A DNA stretch of 64,000 bases from Entomortierella parvispora E1425. Its lineage: Eukaryota > Fungi > Mortierellomycota. Below are positions 45,841-59,597 of the stretch, piece by piece. Every line of letters starts with the position of its first letter. Position 1 is the first letter of the stretch. Made by a program: the position numbers and the translations under genes. The notes under the pieces are model-generated. The model searched no databases, was not told the DNA's origin, and was given only the letters and a program-made list of their open reading frames with translations. The stretch covers positions 1,798,001 to 1,862,000 of the forward strand of contig BQFW01000008.1 in the NCBI GenBank assembly GCA_020891255.1, in the 5' to 3' direction.

Positions 45841-48800
45841 ATGGTAATGCCTCATGCTCCTGGCGTCGACTCTTGTTCCACCTCCCCCCAGTTCCTCTAG
45901 GCCCCCGTCGTCTATCCTCGCCTCCTTCCATTCACCCTCCTTCCAGGGCTTCATCTAACCGTCTCTCTATTCTCCATTTCCGTAGGCACCCAAAGCCAAA
46001 AAGTCGTCCAATGTGCCTCAAAAGGCCAACTTTTTCCAGGAGAGCATCAAGAAAAAGTCCGCTGGCGTTAGCGACATGACTCTCCTGACCAAAGTCCAGA
46101 ACGAAACCATCAACGAGAACTTGAAGAAGCGCTTTGACAACCAAGAGATTTATGTAAGTCTATCAAACATGCCCAGGATCTGGCCTCTACCCTCGCGGTC
46201 GATTCGTATTGGCGTAACTCTAGACTCGGAAAAAGCTCAGGCGCGGATTGGTCCGGGTCTTCCGCCTGGGACTTGGACTTTCACAAAGGAGTAGCGGGCG
46301 AGCTGCATCTCCTCGATGCGGATGAGCTATTGATGGCGATGTGCTGTTGCTGCATCACACAGAGCATAGGATTTCGACCTCACAGAGAGCACTGTTCAGG
46401 AGACAACCTTCAACTGAAGACTCCGGATCTGTCTGGCGCAAAATCTAACTTGGAACCTGCTTTGACCATATTCTTTTCTCGCTTTCAGACATACATTGGG
46501 CATGTGTTGATCAGTGTGAATCCTTTTCGTGATTTGGGAATCTACACAGACGAAGTCTTGAAGTCATACCAAGGAAAGAACCGCCTCGAGGTAAGAATGA
46601 CGATGGCCTGCTCACCTTGCCTGCTCGCTTTTCCTGTGCCTGGCCCTACCTGACCTGAAAGGTGTTGGTTGCGATGAGGAAGGAGTCGTTGCTCATGAGT
46701 TTGTTTTGTGTTACCAAAAATTTGGAGTCTGACGTCTTTTTTTGTGCCTGTTTGTTCTCGGACCAGGTTCCTCCTCACGTCTTTGCTATCGCAGAAAGCT
46801 CTTACTACACGATGAATGCCTACAAGGAAAACCAGTGCATTATTATCAGTGGTGAATCCGGAGCCGGAAAGACAGGTATGATGCCAAAAAAAAAAAAAAC
46901 TTCGACAGGCTTGTTCAAGAAAGAGGAATCTGACCGCACAATCTACTTGCCTTTTGGATAACAAACATCAATAGAGGCTGCCAAGCGGGTATGTCCCATT
47001 CGACGTTTTGATGGACATAGTATAGCAAACCTGCTGCAAGTTTTCTGATACTAACGATCTCCTGTGTTGTATTAGATCATGCAATATATTGCGACCGTCT
47101 CTGGAGGCGAATCTTCTCAGATCAAAGAGATTAAGGACATGGTGCTGGCCACAAACCCCTTGTTGGAATCTTTTGGATGTGCCAAGACATTGAAGAACAA
47201 CAACTCCAGTCGTCACGTAAGAATCGGCCTACGTGTACTCTCGAGGATGAACAAACTACTTTTGCTGACAAGAGTTGTCTCTGATTTTTGCTGCCTGTAG
47301 GGAAAATATCTGGAAATTCAGTTCAACTCTCAAGGAGAACCTGTTGGTGCAGTCATCACAAATTACTTGCTCGAAAAGGTATAGTTCCTTCATCTGTACT
47401 TTCCCACCTTCCGTTTGTCTGGATATGAAAGAGTCAGGACTAACCAATAGTTTCTCCGCTTAGAACCGCGTCGTGGGACAAATCGACAACGAGAGAAACT
47501 TTCATATTTTCTACCAATACTGCAAGGCCGCTCCTCCAAACTACCAAGGTATGAACTTTGACATTTATGTTGTCATGCGGAAACTAGCAGTTGGATTGTA
47601 ATTTAACCGGATCTGATTACCACATGTAATAGAACAATTTGGCATGACTGGCCCTGAAAGCTTCTTGTTGACGAACAGAAGTGGATGCTTGTCCGTTGAT
47701 GGAATTGACGATGTTCATGATTTCTCCGAGACTTTGGTGGGTTTCTTCCACGCTGGATTTTTGGTTTTCACTGGAATCTCTTAGCTAACGGTCATGCCCC
47801 TTTACTGAAAATAGCAAGCAATGCGTGTCATTGGTCTTTCACAACTGGAGCAGGATGAGATCTTCCGTATGCTCGCCATCATCCTTTGGCTTGGAAATGT
47901 TCAATTTGCAGAAAACGGCGAGGGCTATGCTGAAATCACAGATAACGATGGTACGTCTAGTCAGAGATGCATTGTTGAATGTGTATTGGCTCCCACATGA
48001 CCCTTACAGTCTGACATCTCTCTTTCTGAAATAGTCATTGCATTCATTGCGTACATCATGCAAGTTGATCCTGAGCAGCTGATCAAGACGTTGACTGTTC
48101 GTGTGGTTGAAACTCAACGAGGAGGTAGAAGAGGTTCGATGTATGAATCCCCCCTCAACCCTGTCCAGGTAATATATGATCGTATGAGCTGATAGTTCCT
48201 CTTTCAAACCTCAAGAGATACTAAATCGGTCTGTATTATTTAGGCCGCCGCTGTTAGGGATGCGCTCTGCAAAGGAATCTACAACAACCTGTTCGAGTGG
48301 ATTGTCAGTCGTGTAAACGTCTCACTGAAACAACGAGGTGCACATGCCTATACCATCGGTGTTTTGGATATCTATGGCTTCGAGATTTTCGAGGAGAACT
48401 CTTTCGAGCAGCTTTGCATCAACTACGTCAACGAAAAGCTGCAGCAAATCTTTATCGAGCTGACTCTCAAGACGGAACAGGAAGAGTATGTTCGTGAACG
48501 TATCCAATGGACACCCATCGACTTTTTCAACAACAAGATTGTGTGTGATCTTATCGAGGAGAAACGTCCCCCTGGTATTTTCGCTGCCATGAACGACGCT
48601 TGCGCGACTGCCCATGCCGACTCCAACGCTGCCGACAACTCTTTGGTGCAGCGACTCAACGGCCTTTCCTCTAACCCTCACTTTGAGTCCCGCGGAGCGT
48701 CTTTCCTTGTCAAGCATTACGCCGGAGACGTCATGTACCAGATCTCAGGAATGACGGACAAGAACAAGGATTTGCTTTCCAAGGACATTTTGACTATGCT

Positions 48801-51270
48801 CTCAACCACCGGAAATCAGTTCCTTGCTTCGCTCTTCCCCGAGCCTGTGGATCTGGATAGCAAGAAGAGACCCCCAACTGCCGGAGACAAGATCAAGTCG
48901 TCCGCTGGATTGCTTGTGCAGAACCTGATGCAGTGCACGCCCTCCTACATCCGTACCATCAAACCTAACAGCAACAAGTCGCCCACAGAGTTTGACACAA
49001 AGATGGTTCTCCATCAAGTCAAGTATCTTGGGTTGTGTGAAAACATTCGTGTTCGCCGCGCTGGTTTCGCTTCCCGTCAGACCTATGAGAAGTTCTTGGA
49101 ACGATTCTACCTATTGTCGCCAAAGACTTCCTATGCGGGAGAGTACACTTGGCAAGGCGATCCCAGAAGTGGTGTGGAACGAATTCTTAAGGATACCAGC
49201 GTGGCTTCAGAGGAGTGGCAGATGGGTACTACCAAGGTCTTTATTCGTCATCCTGAGACCCTGTTTGCCCTCGAGCATTTGCGTGACCGTTACTGGCACA
49301 ACATGGCGATCCGTATTCAGCGTGCCTGGAGAAACTATATGAAGTACAAGAACGAGTGCGCCATTCGTATTCAGAGATGCTGGAGAAAGAACAAGGATCA
49401 GATCCAGTGGCTCCAGCTTCGTGATTATGGTCACCAGGTTCTCGCCGGTAGAAAGGAACGCAGACGCTTCTCTTTGGTGAGCATGCGTCGTTACCTGGGA
49501 GATTACCTTGGTGTTAACAACAAGGGTGGTCAAGGGCAAATGATCAAGTCTGCCATTGGCATTTCAGGTATGAAAGAGTTACAAACATGTCGTTGGTGTC
49601 TATGAAACTATTCCTAACCTAGCCGTTTTTTTAATCCAATAGACATGGACTATTGTGTCTTCTCTGCCAGGGTTCAATTGCTGGTGGCTCGTCCTATGCG
49701 ATCCAGTAAGCCCAGTCCCAGAACCCTTGTTCTCGTAAGTCCTTCTTTCAATTTGTGTACATCTATTGTGGTCAATAGGGGACACGAGTACCAACTCTCT
49801 ACTTCATTTTTTTCAATTAGACTGCCACGCACATGTACTTGGTTGTTTCACAGCTGGTTGGAAAGGTCTTGACGATGAAGGCTGAAAGAACTGTCATGCT
49901 GAATGCCATCAAGGCTGTCTCGATTTCAAACCTCAGAGATGACTGGATGGTATTCACGATTGATACCATGAACCCTGAGGAGGGCGACATCGTTTTGGAG
50001 TGCGACTTCAAAACTGAGCTCATTACTCATCTCTTGCAGAGATCTGGTGGGCGAATCGCTGTGAACATTGGACCCCAGTTTGAGTTTGCAAAGAAGAAGA
50101 ACAAGACTGGAAGCATCAAGTTCGTCAAGGATGATCGCGCCAAGACCGAGACCTACAAGAGTCACGTCGTCACTGTCCCCAGCGGTGAACCTGCCAACAG
50201 TCCCTCCTGGCCTGTGGCTGAGCGCAAGCCTGTTGCGCCTCGACCTATCACCACCGGCAAATTGATCCGCAAGGGTGGCCCTCAAAAGACGAACGCCTCT
50301 GCCGGCAATCGGAGACCTCCAACCTCCAATGCAGCACCCCGCGCGGCGCCCTTGGCTAAGTCTGCAGTCAACAATCAGCGCGCATCTATTCAGGCACCCG
50401 TTGCTTCCGCTGCCACGCCCGTGAAACGTCAGGCACCTCCCCCAGCTCCTCCAGCTCCTGTTGCCACAACCCCGCCTCCTCCTTCCAAGCCCATGTACAA
50501 GGCCATTTACAACTTTGAGTCCGAGGATAGTGGAGAAGTTTCATTTGTGAAGGACGACGTGATGGAGGTTTTGGAGAAGGATGAGAATGGATGGTGGTTG
50601 GCCAAGAAGGATGGTAGGGAAGGTTGGGTTCCTAGTAATTACCTTGTGGAGGTTCCTAGACCTGCACCTGTCGCACCCACTCTGCCTGCTAAGCGTCAGC
50701 CCCCACCACCGCCTCCAGCCGCCGCTACCTCTGCCCCTAGCTCTAGCGGCAGCTCTTCTGCTGCTCCCCGCCATAATGTGGTTACCAATGGCGAACGCGC
50801 TGCGGTCGCGCCTACCAGCAACACCAACGCCCTTCACGCTGGATTCGGTGGTCCCGGAAACATTGGTGGTGTCCCTGGATGGAAGGTAGCTCTTGAAGCC
50901 AAGAAGGCTGCTGCTGCGGCGGCGGCGGCAGGTGGTGGAGGAGCTGCCGCCCCTACTGCCCCTGCGCGTACATCCAGCCCACAACCTGCAGCCCGCCGCC
51001 CTGGGCCTCCTGCAGTAGCACCCAAGCCATCTGTCGGACCCAAGCCCACCATCCCTGCTCGTGGACCAGCTCCTGCACCCAAGCCTGCTGCTGCCGCTCG
51101 ACCTGCCACTGGAGGCAAGACCCTGCAAGAAATTGTAAGATGAAAAGGAAACCCCATGGACACAAAGCTCAGTCTCCTCGAAAATTTGCTCCGCCTTTCT
51201 AACACCATTATTTTTTGTTTCTTTCTTTGAATAGTTGGCTGCTCGCCGTCAACACAATGATGATGATTGA
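45841..51270 (+). CDS. MYO1: Class I myosin (motor, IQ, TH1, SH3, Pro-rich tail), about 15 exons; first coding exon is ATG only (45841-45843), last exon 51235-51270
   Basis: GVSDMTLL; P-loop [10 protein letters not shown]|EAAK; NNNSSRHGK; LDIYGFE; TEDS site GGRRGSMY; IQ motifs AIRIQRAWR and AIRIQRCWR; SH3 YKAIYNF...GWW...GWVPSNY. Orthologous to yeast Myo3/Myo5. Confidence 0.96.
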
Positions 51271-51445
51271 AGGAAAGGAAGAGGGTGAGAGAAGAAAGAA
51301 AAACGAAAATATGTAATAAAAATCAAAACGAAATTAGACTGGGAAAATCACGTGACACTATGTTTCTTTTTATTAATTAATTTATTCTGTTGACCGATCG
51401 TTCTTCATTCATTCATTCACCAACACGTGCACACAGTATAACGAC

Positions 51446-52302
51446 ATGGAATTCGTATCAAGTAAAGGACATGCGACAGTCTAGACAGCTTCAAGGGCCG
51501 GTTGCATTGCGGAATAAATGTTGGATCGCTGACTTTTCTGGTGTCGATTCATGTAGATTTGCAGCAGCGGGAACTTGTCGCGGAAGAAATCCTTACGAAT
51601 AAAGAACTCGTAAGTCTCTCGTTGCCGTTACCGTCTCGAGGAATGCAGGGGTCAGAGCTGGGGAGAGTACTCCTCTGTGCACTGGCGATTGTGCCTGGAG
51701 GATCCAGAGCGGGAAGGGCACAGACAGAATAAGACAGGAAATTGGTGGCGTAATGGAGAATCAACGATGATCTTATTCTTTTTTGTGTTCTCTGGCTTCC
51801 TGTAGATTATCGACTATGATCGGAGGAGGAATAGCAATCGGGAGGCATTGGGCAAATTAAAGAAGGATCTTAGTAAAGGTAACCCTTGACCCCTACCCCT
51901 TTCCTTGTGGAAGCAGATCGTGAATATGAGGCGATCAAAAACAATGGGGAAAAAATGTTTTCTTACTCAAAACACTTTTGTATTTTGTAGAAAAAAAGGT
52001 CTGGGTCAACATGGGCGACATGTTTATCAAGATGCCCAAACCCAATGTCGAGACCATGATCAAGAAAGGTATCTTCACTTGCCTTTTGAAAATTCAGAAC
52101 CACGCTGATCTGGGAATCCATATTCTTACCCTTCTTTTTTTTTTTTTTTTTTTTTTTCTAAAATCCAGACCAGGAGACTTTGGACAGCGAGATTGCAGAT
52201 ATTCGTCAAGTCATGAAGGAAAAGGTCGTGGAACTGGAGAAACTGGAAGGCGGCGATGGATCGAAATCAAGGGCGTTCCAACTCAAGGGCATGACTCCTT
52301 GA
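51446..52302 (+). CDS. PDRG1: Prefoldin-like protein, PDRG1 type; exons 51446-51461, 51557-51609, 51806-51878, 51991-52068, 52169-52302
   Basis: Spliced ELVAEEILTNKEL|IIDYDRRRNSNREALGKL...KVWVNMGDMFIKMP...|DQETLDSEIADIR: coil-beta hairpin-coil prefoldin layout with PDRG1-like R(N)xNREAL and W-x2-G-x-FIK motifs. Confidence 0.8.
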
Positions 52303-52467
52303 ACCAGGAAGCAAAGTACTTTAATAAACGACATTCCAACAAGGACGAGTGCATTGTCGATTTGAATACATTATCGGAACAGCATGCTATTTTGAGTGGT
52401 AGTGCACTAGTGGTGCAGTTGTGGCCTAGACGAGGCGGGTATTTATTGTGAACGATGCTTTATCATT

Positions 52468-53438
52468 TTAGTCGTCGTCAGAATCGTCGGCAGGGGAGGC
52501 ATCCTAAGCAACCAGATATCAAAGAGTTATGTAAGCCAATGGTTAGCAAGGCGGGACGTATTGCGGGAGGCATCAATTCAGATGGAGTCGTCAATTGCAA
52601 GCAACAATCTCTCTCGTCTCTCACTTTCTAGCTTTCTTTTACTTACAATGTGGGTACCAAGCGCTGCCCGCTCCAAATAATCCTTGACAAGTTGATGAGT
52701 GCTGCTGTTGACCAGATCCACAGCGGTCTTGTGATCCTTATTTTCAACTGATTCCAAGTCATCAAGAAAGACATCGAGCCGTTAGAACATAGAGATTCGT
52801 TGAGTGGAGCAAAAAGTAACAGAGGGATCCTTACTTGAGACATTGGCTCTCCCGCGCGTAATGAGAATCTGAACCATCTCCAGTGCCAGTTCAGCGTCCG
52901 GATAGGTCGCGGCCCTGTGCAGAGGCGTGTCTCCAGTGGTAGGGTCCACGCCGTTCACGTTGATCCTGACGATGACAACAGCAGTCAGCAGCAATACGTC
53001 AATACGCCGCCTAAACATCATGAACACGCTCTGAAAATGATCTAATTCACTCACCCATCGTAAAACATGAGAATCTCTAGACACCCCGTGGAAGCATTGG
53101 TGGCGCTAAGGGAAGAAAGAGGGACCACCTTGTTAACTTTCAGAAGATCAGAGACCATTGAGGGTATTTTTTTCTCTCTCTTTTCTTTCTTTCTCTTACG
53201 CGTAATGGAGTGCAGTGTTTCCAGATTCGTCTGTGTGGTTGATATCGATCGCACTAGCGTCGGCAGCGAGGACTTTTTCCAAAATGTCGAGATTGTCGTC
53301 CTTGCATGCTGCCATGAGCAATGCATCTAGTGAGAACAGATTCATGCACAGGAAAAAGTAAGTTTGATTTGTTCGTTTTTTCGCCGTCTGCTGGGACTTT
53401 ATCCTCTACTTACTGTAGTCGGTGTTATAGTCGGTCAT
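52468..53438 (-). CDS. Small ankyrin-repeat protein with acidic C-terminus, six exons
   Basis: Spliced MTDYNTDY|NALLMAACKDDN...DESGNTALHYA|ATN...YDG|INVNGVDPTTGDTPLHRAA...|IENKDHKTAVDL...|DASPADDSDDD*. All junctions are GT..AG and in frame. Confidence 0.85.
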
Positions 53439-53843
53439 GGCTGTCGATGGGTATAGATACTAGTAGTGCTGAGGGTGTTTGAAGAGTAGAAGGAACGGTG
53501 ACGAAGAAGAGAAAAGAGAGGAATGTAGAAATGTAGAGCAAGAAAGAGAGAAAGGAAGGAGGGATATGAATAGATGCTTTTGCTTGCATTAACGCAAATG
53601 AGCCGTCGAAAGCTAAAACAGGCGGGGAGCGGCCCTGGTGGTGCTCACCCAGACCCCTCTTTTGCTCGACCAATCTGCATCCACCCCATGGACCCCATGT
53701 CTTTTGCTGTGCTCTGTTGCTCGTTCCTTCTCTCTCTCTCGCTCTTTCTCTCTCTCTCTCTCTTGGACATGTCGCAGTTCGTGGTATGGTACAGTGGTAT
53801 GGTGGGTATAAGAACAAGTCTTTATTACATCGTAGAGTCCTCT

Positions 53844-56518
53844 TCAAAGCGTGTCCAGGCTGTTGACCCGCCCCACTGACAGCCGAGTGGCGCGCCAGTG
53901 GAAGTAGGCCCAGGAGGAGACACAGACCGCGCCGAGGAGCATCGATCCTCCCGCCGTCATGATCACAGGCGTGTATGATAGGTTGGGCAGCGTCGAGTCC
54001 AGGATAAAGCCCGCCAGGGGTGAACCTCCCCAGATGGCAATGCCTCCGGCAGCGTACATCAATCCAATCATCGATGCAATGTTTTGGGTACCTGTTAGAA
54101 AGACGTTGTTTGTTAGCGGAGAGATGAAGCAACAAAAAAAAAGGGCTCATATCACACAAGCACATGCTGTTGGAAGGAATGAAGGGCTGGCCAGCTTACC
54201 AAACGATTCCGCGACAGCGACGGGCACGAGGGAGACGTAGGCACCAGCAAAGAGGTTAAAGGTCACCCCCATCAGCAACAAGGTCCCAAACGACTTTGCG
54301 ATCGTCCAAAAGACCATGACAGAGAAGGCTGTGGCCCAGCAGCAAAAGAGCAAAGTCTTTGTGTTTGAGACCTTGTCTGCAATGACGCCCAAGAGAATTC
54401 GTCCCACAAACGCGGATCCGTTCGAGAGACCCAGGATCAGGGCACCCTGCTCAACAGATAGTCCGATGTAGACCGCGTAAGCTAGAGGCGGGAAGGAAGG
54501 AAGGAAGGAACCAGACGAGAAGCGACGAATGGGAGTGGCGGAAAAGGAGATAGCAATAAAGATAGAAATATTAATATCGCGCGAGGGACATGATCATCCT
54601 TGACCCTGGTGCCAATGGCAGCGGGGCAAGTCGCAGTCTGAGGGCCCCAGGAAAGGTTATTAAGATTGAAGGTCCGTTGTGTGAACAGGAAACCGGTCAC
54701 CCTCATACAGTATCTGGCATGTGGTGACAATGAACGGAATGGGATGATTCCACCCCGCTTTCTCCTGGCGTCTCTCTCTCTTTGGTTACCGATGAGCTCC
54801 GTCAGGCAATGGGTCCCCACACACAAGGTCGTCTTTGTTCAAGAGGCACTCGAATCAAGAAGAAAACTTACTCTGCATGTAATAGAGTGGGATCAGGTAC
54901 CCGATCGATGCTGCCAGTTCCGCCAGAGTCAGGGACAAGAACTGAGGGTTCTTGAACACGTGAAGGGACTGGAAGAACGAAGGTCTATCCTGCGGCTCTT
55001 GGTGCTCTTGGGCATCCTCCTGTGGCGTCATTGCACTGGCCTTTTCCACATCATCCGTTGTTGGCGTCCCGTACTGTGATTGCGAATCGACCGCTGGCTG
55101 AGGAGCGTCTTTCTTTTCCTTGATCAGCATGCTAGCACCTCCGCTGTTGAAAGCGTTACGGCAGTTGTAAAAAGGGGAAAAGTGGAGGTTGAGCATTATG
55201 CGGAGACCAAAAAAAAAAAAAAAATGGCAGACGCCCAAGCAACAACGGTTCCTTTCACTTACCAGACGACAAGGATCATAATAGCCAAGATTCTCAAGGT
55301 CCAAAAGATGTCGACCTGATTAATCAGGGCTTGGGTCATGGGCGCAAGCACAAACCCTCCGAGGCCCGTTCCTGAGACTGCAATGCCAATGGCCAAACCG
55401 CGGTTGTTCACAAAATATTGAGAGGGGACAGCAATGGCAGGGTAATAGGTGAAGGAGGCTCCGATACCAAACAGGACACCTTGAGAGATGTACAAGTGCC
55501 AGAGCTATTTCAAACATGTACAAAAAAAAAGGTTGAGTGAATTGGGAAGCATTGCCGAACTCGTGTGCACGCTGCAGCTGCGGGTGTCGAAGATCAGTCT
55601 ACCCGACGCCGAGGCCCAAATCCACAGGGGGACGGATCTTCATGGTTGCACAAAGGGAGGACCCCTCTTAATTCAAATCCTTCTGTTTTTCCTTGTTTTG
55701 TTTTTCCTCTTGTTTGTTTGTTTGTTTGTCGTCGGTGAGAGTCCGTGGGTGAATTATGACAGAAACGTTTCTTGTTTTACCTGCTTCGAGAACGAGGCCA
55801 AGACCAAGCTCAAGGCCATAACCACAGCACCGATAAACGCGGTGGGTCGGTATCCAAATCGATCTGCTACGAGGCCAGACAAGAAACCAGCAATATATGT
55901 GATCGCACTGCCTGTTGTCCCCACGAATGCAATCGAGGATGGGTTCGAGTCTGGAAAGATGAACTGGTAATAGTGTTCAAAGATACCAAAGATGAACTCT
56001 GTTGGCCCAAACACAAAACAGTGGATCAACATCGACCCTAGCACTGCAAGCCATCCCTGGGTTCCGCCTTCCTTTAATGATTCGAGGATAGATCCGAACA
56101 GGGTGTTCGGGGCTGGTGAGGAGGAGGGTGAATCTGCTACCTCGGACAGTGAAGAATAGTGTGTTGTTGCTAATGGTGATTTCTTTTCAGAATCATCGTC
56201 AACGGGTGAAGTAGCCGAGGCTGCGATGGTTGTGAGAGACGTGGGCGAAGTCAAGGTCGTCAAGGCAGGTTTGTCGTGCTCAGCTTCCTGTCCGAGCTCG
56301 TGGTGATGCTGCTCAACACCGACAGTGCCTGTGAGCGCCAATGCGATGGTATCGATATGTTCATGGATTTGATGCAATTGTTGACGGAAATGATGTTCGC
56401 CCTCAGTAGGAGGGGTGGTGATGTCTGATTGAGAAGCTTCTGAGGGCTCGACCACGGTGTCCATGGTATCAACCCTTGCTGATGCAAGATGGCCCTGAGC
56501 AATGCCTGAGGTGGACAT
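53844..56518 (-). CDS. MFS monocarboxylate transporter family (MCT/Mch-like), copy 1, five exons
   Basis: EGGTQGWLAVLGS; GLVADRFGYR; LYISQGVLFGIG; YFVNNRGLAIGIAVSGTGLGG; GRILLGVIADK. Confidence 0.9.
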
Positions 56519-57309
56519 TAAATTACAAGAGATCGGGGGATGCGAGAGGATATCAATGAGTGTGGAGAAGATGAACAAGAGAGTAGTGAATGCAGCACAC
56601 TTTTAAACAAAACGGATCAGCGATCAGGGCAGGAAGGAACAGGCGAGAGAGAAAGAGAGAAAGAGGGAGAAAGAAATGCCAGAAAGGATCTCTTTGTCTG
56701 CCCCGCAGGCCGTTGTATTTATTAGCCAGAGATGGAACGAGTCCATCGTTAGGTTGTTCGTCTCGCCATTTGCCGTTGCTGGTTGTAGTAGTCTGCCCAA
56801 GGTGGCGAGAAGTGTTTTTGAAGCGAAAGCCAGCAGAGGACGGACTGCCAAACAAAAAAAAACAAGCATTGGCGGCCTCACAAGATTTTGAACGTCCGAT
56901 TCTTTTTTTCTGTCTTTTTGGAAGTTTTTTTGTGGTCCCTTTGACAGCACCTTCCCACTTGTAGCTCACTGAACAACAAACATGCAAGTTTACACGTGTG
57001 CGGAGGCAAAATGAAGCGGACGCTCGGCTTTACGCACAGCATGTACATATCGGCGCTACCAGACGATAGTCCGACTCTTTGCCTCCCTGCCACAAGGACG
57101 TCACATTCACCTCCAGCAACGATATTGAGTGGCGGTAGCTGTAGCAGCTTGCAGATTGGCTAATAGAACTCCCACGGTGGTGGCGGAAAGCGCATTTCTA
57201 AAGGCAGCCGTGGGGGGTGCCACCCTTCCACATCGTCAACAGAGGCCTACACATGTTTTGCTTTGTGTTATGTACTTTACGAATGAAGTCTCGACCTTTT
57301 TTATTTAAT

Positions 57310-59597
57310 TCAAGCTTGACTCTCTAGGGGCGCCGTTGCTACTGTTGCCATAGCAGATGCTGCAAGAGATGCCTCAACTCTTCGTTGACGCCTCATCAAG
57401 ATGACCCAAGTGGAGGCACAGAGGCCCGAGAAAGCAAACATTCCACCGGTGTACATGATCACTGGTAGATAGCTCAATCGAGGCTTGGTCATCTGGAGGA
57501 TGTGACCACTGATCAAGGATCCGCACAAAAGTGCAATACAGGAGCAACTGAATGCTACTCCAAGAACCCTTGACACCTTTGCAGGACCTACATCCAACAT
57601 AGGACAAGAGAAGATTTATGGTTAAAATGGACCTCGTAACAGAAAAAGCCGTCCTTTTTTTTGGCCCTTTTTCCAACTCACCATAGTGTTCGGCGACCAT
57701 GGCAGGCGTCAAGGTGATAGTGCCTGAGAATGAGATGCCATAAATGACAGAGAATAACATATAAACTGCAAACGACTTGGCAAAGGTCCAGATGACAAGG
57801 ACTGAGAGTGCATTGGTCCAGATACACATCAACAGTACGACATCGGTTGCGATGACATCAGCCAGGAATCCACAAAGGATCCTAGCAATGAATGAGGCAC
57901 CATTGAACCAACCATTGACCATGGCTCCCTTTTGCGTCGAGAGACCAATAAATGTACTATACACTGTTGTTGTTTTCAATAGATGCAAGAGGGTCCCCAT
58001 GCGCGAGTGTTAGTGTCTGTGGTTCAAGTTTAGTTGCCAAAACTCGGTAATCTTCGCCCACTTTTTTTTTTTTTTTTTTTTTTTGAAAGTTGCACGTACT
58101 TTCGATTGAGTAAATCGGAGTCAGGTAGGCAATCGAGAACAGAAACTGGAACGCCACCAACATGTAGAAGCCCCACTCTTTTGCGAAAGGGGGCAACCTG
58201 AAAATGGTCAGTGTGCCCGAAGTAGCACGTCGGCGACGGTTTAGTGCCATAGTGGTCCGAATCTGGTCTTGCTGCTCCGAAGGGTCCTTTTGGAAAAGCA
58301 GCATACTGGCCGTTCCGCTGAAAGTGGGGGGCGCAAAGGTTTAAAAAAAAAAAACGAAAACGAGAACGAGAACGAAAACGAAAACGTTAACTTTCTTGTT
58401 CCCACAGATGTACTCGTGGCCCAAACAAACAAGCACCAAAAATACTGTGAGAACAAGGATCGCCCAAGAAGGGGATACCAGAATAATATTAAAAAAGAAG
58501 AGCTTACCAGACAACAAATCCCCAGATGCCAAGGATCCGCAGGGTCCATACGACACCCACGTTGTCAACCAGGTGTTGAGCCACTGGGGCCAAAATAAAA
58601 CCGCCGAGACCTGCTCCTGAAGCAGCCAGACCCATGGCGAGTCCACGCTTTCGCTTAAACCAATGAGTTGGCGCAGCAATGGCCGAGAAGTAGGACAAAG
58701 ATGCACCCGTGCCAAACATTATTCCCTGTGAGAAATAATAATGCCACAGCTGCAACAACCAAGAGATGAAAAAAGGGCGAACTGTCAGTGGGCGAGGTCA
58801 GAGACAGGGTCAAAAAGAATCTCCCGAGGGGCCAGATTCAATACAACGATCACAAAATCACAGATGCAGAGCAGTAGAGAAGATTTTACCTGCGTTGAAA
58901 AGGAGGCGAGAATCAAGGAGAGGGCCATTATAACGGTCCCGACCCAAGCTGTGGCTCGATAGCCCCATCGATCAGCACATGCCCCTGACACGAACCCAAC
59001 AAGATAAGTGACTGAAGTTCCAATGGTACCGATCAAGGCAATATTTGACGGATTCGCGCTTGGAAACTTGATCGAGTACTCAAGTGCAAAGATTCCAAAG
59101 ATGAATTCCGTTGGCACAAAAACAAAACTGTGCATCATCATCGAACCCAACACGGCAAGCCAACCCTTCAAACCGCCTTCTCTCCAAGATGCCGGCTCTA
59201 CTACAACAGCAGAGGTTGTTGGGATGGTCGACTCTTCATTCGATGGATCGAGTGAGGGCGGAGATGGTGTATCGGCGGCCAGTTGTTTTTCGTTCAGTTC
59301 TGGATCTGGAGGGGTCACCGTTGGGCTACAGGGGTCGCTCGGGGAAAACTCGGGTTTGGTTTCGTGGTCAGAGGAGGAAAGTGTATGGATACTGTTGGCG
59401 CGAATAGAGGGCTGCCGTACACTCTCTGCAGTAGCCTCCTGGTGGCCATTGGAGAGTGCTGGGGCTAGGATATTTTGAGCAGAAGATGAGGACGACGGAG
59501 ACTCTTCTTGCCCTCTGATGGTATCGACAAGTGTCGCCATGGTATCTGTGCCAGGCAGCGCCAGAGGCTGCTGTGCGCCAAGAGTGAAAATGGACAT
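57310..59597 (-). CDS. MFS monocarboxylate transporter family, copy 2, five exons
   Basis: EGGLKGWLAVLGS; ADRWGYR; SQGIMFGTG; HWFKRKRGLAMGLAASGAGLGG; same intron positions as copy 1. Confidence 0.9.
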
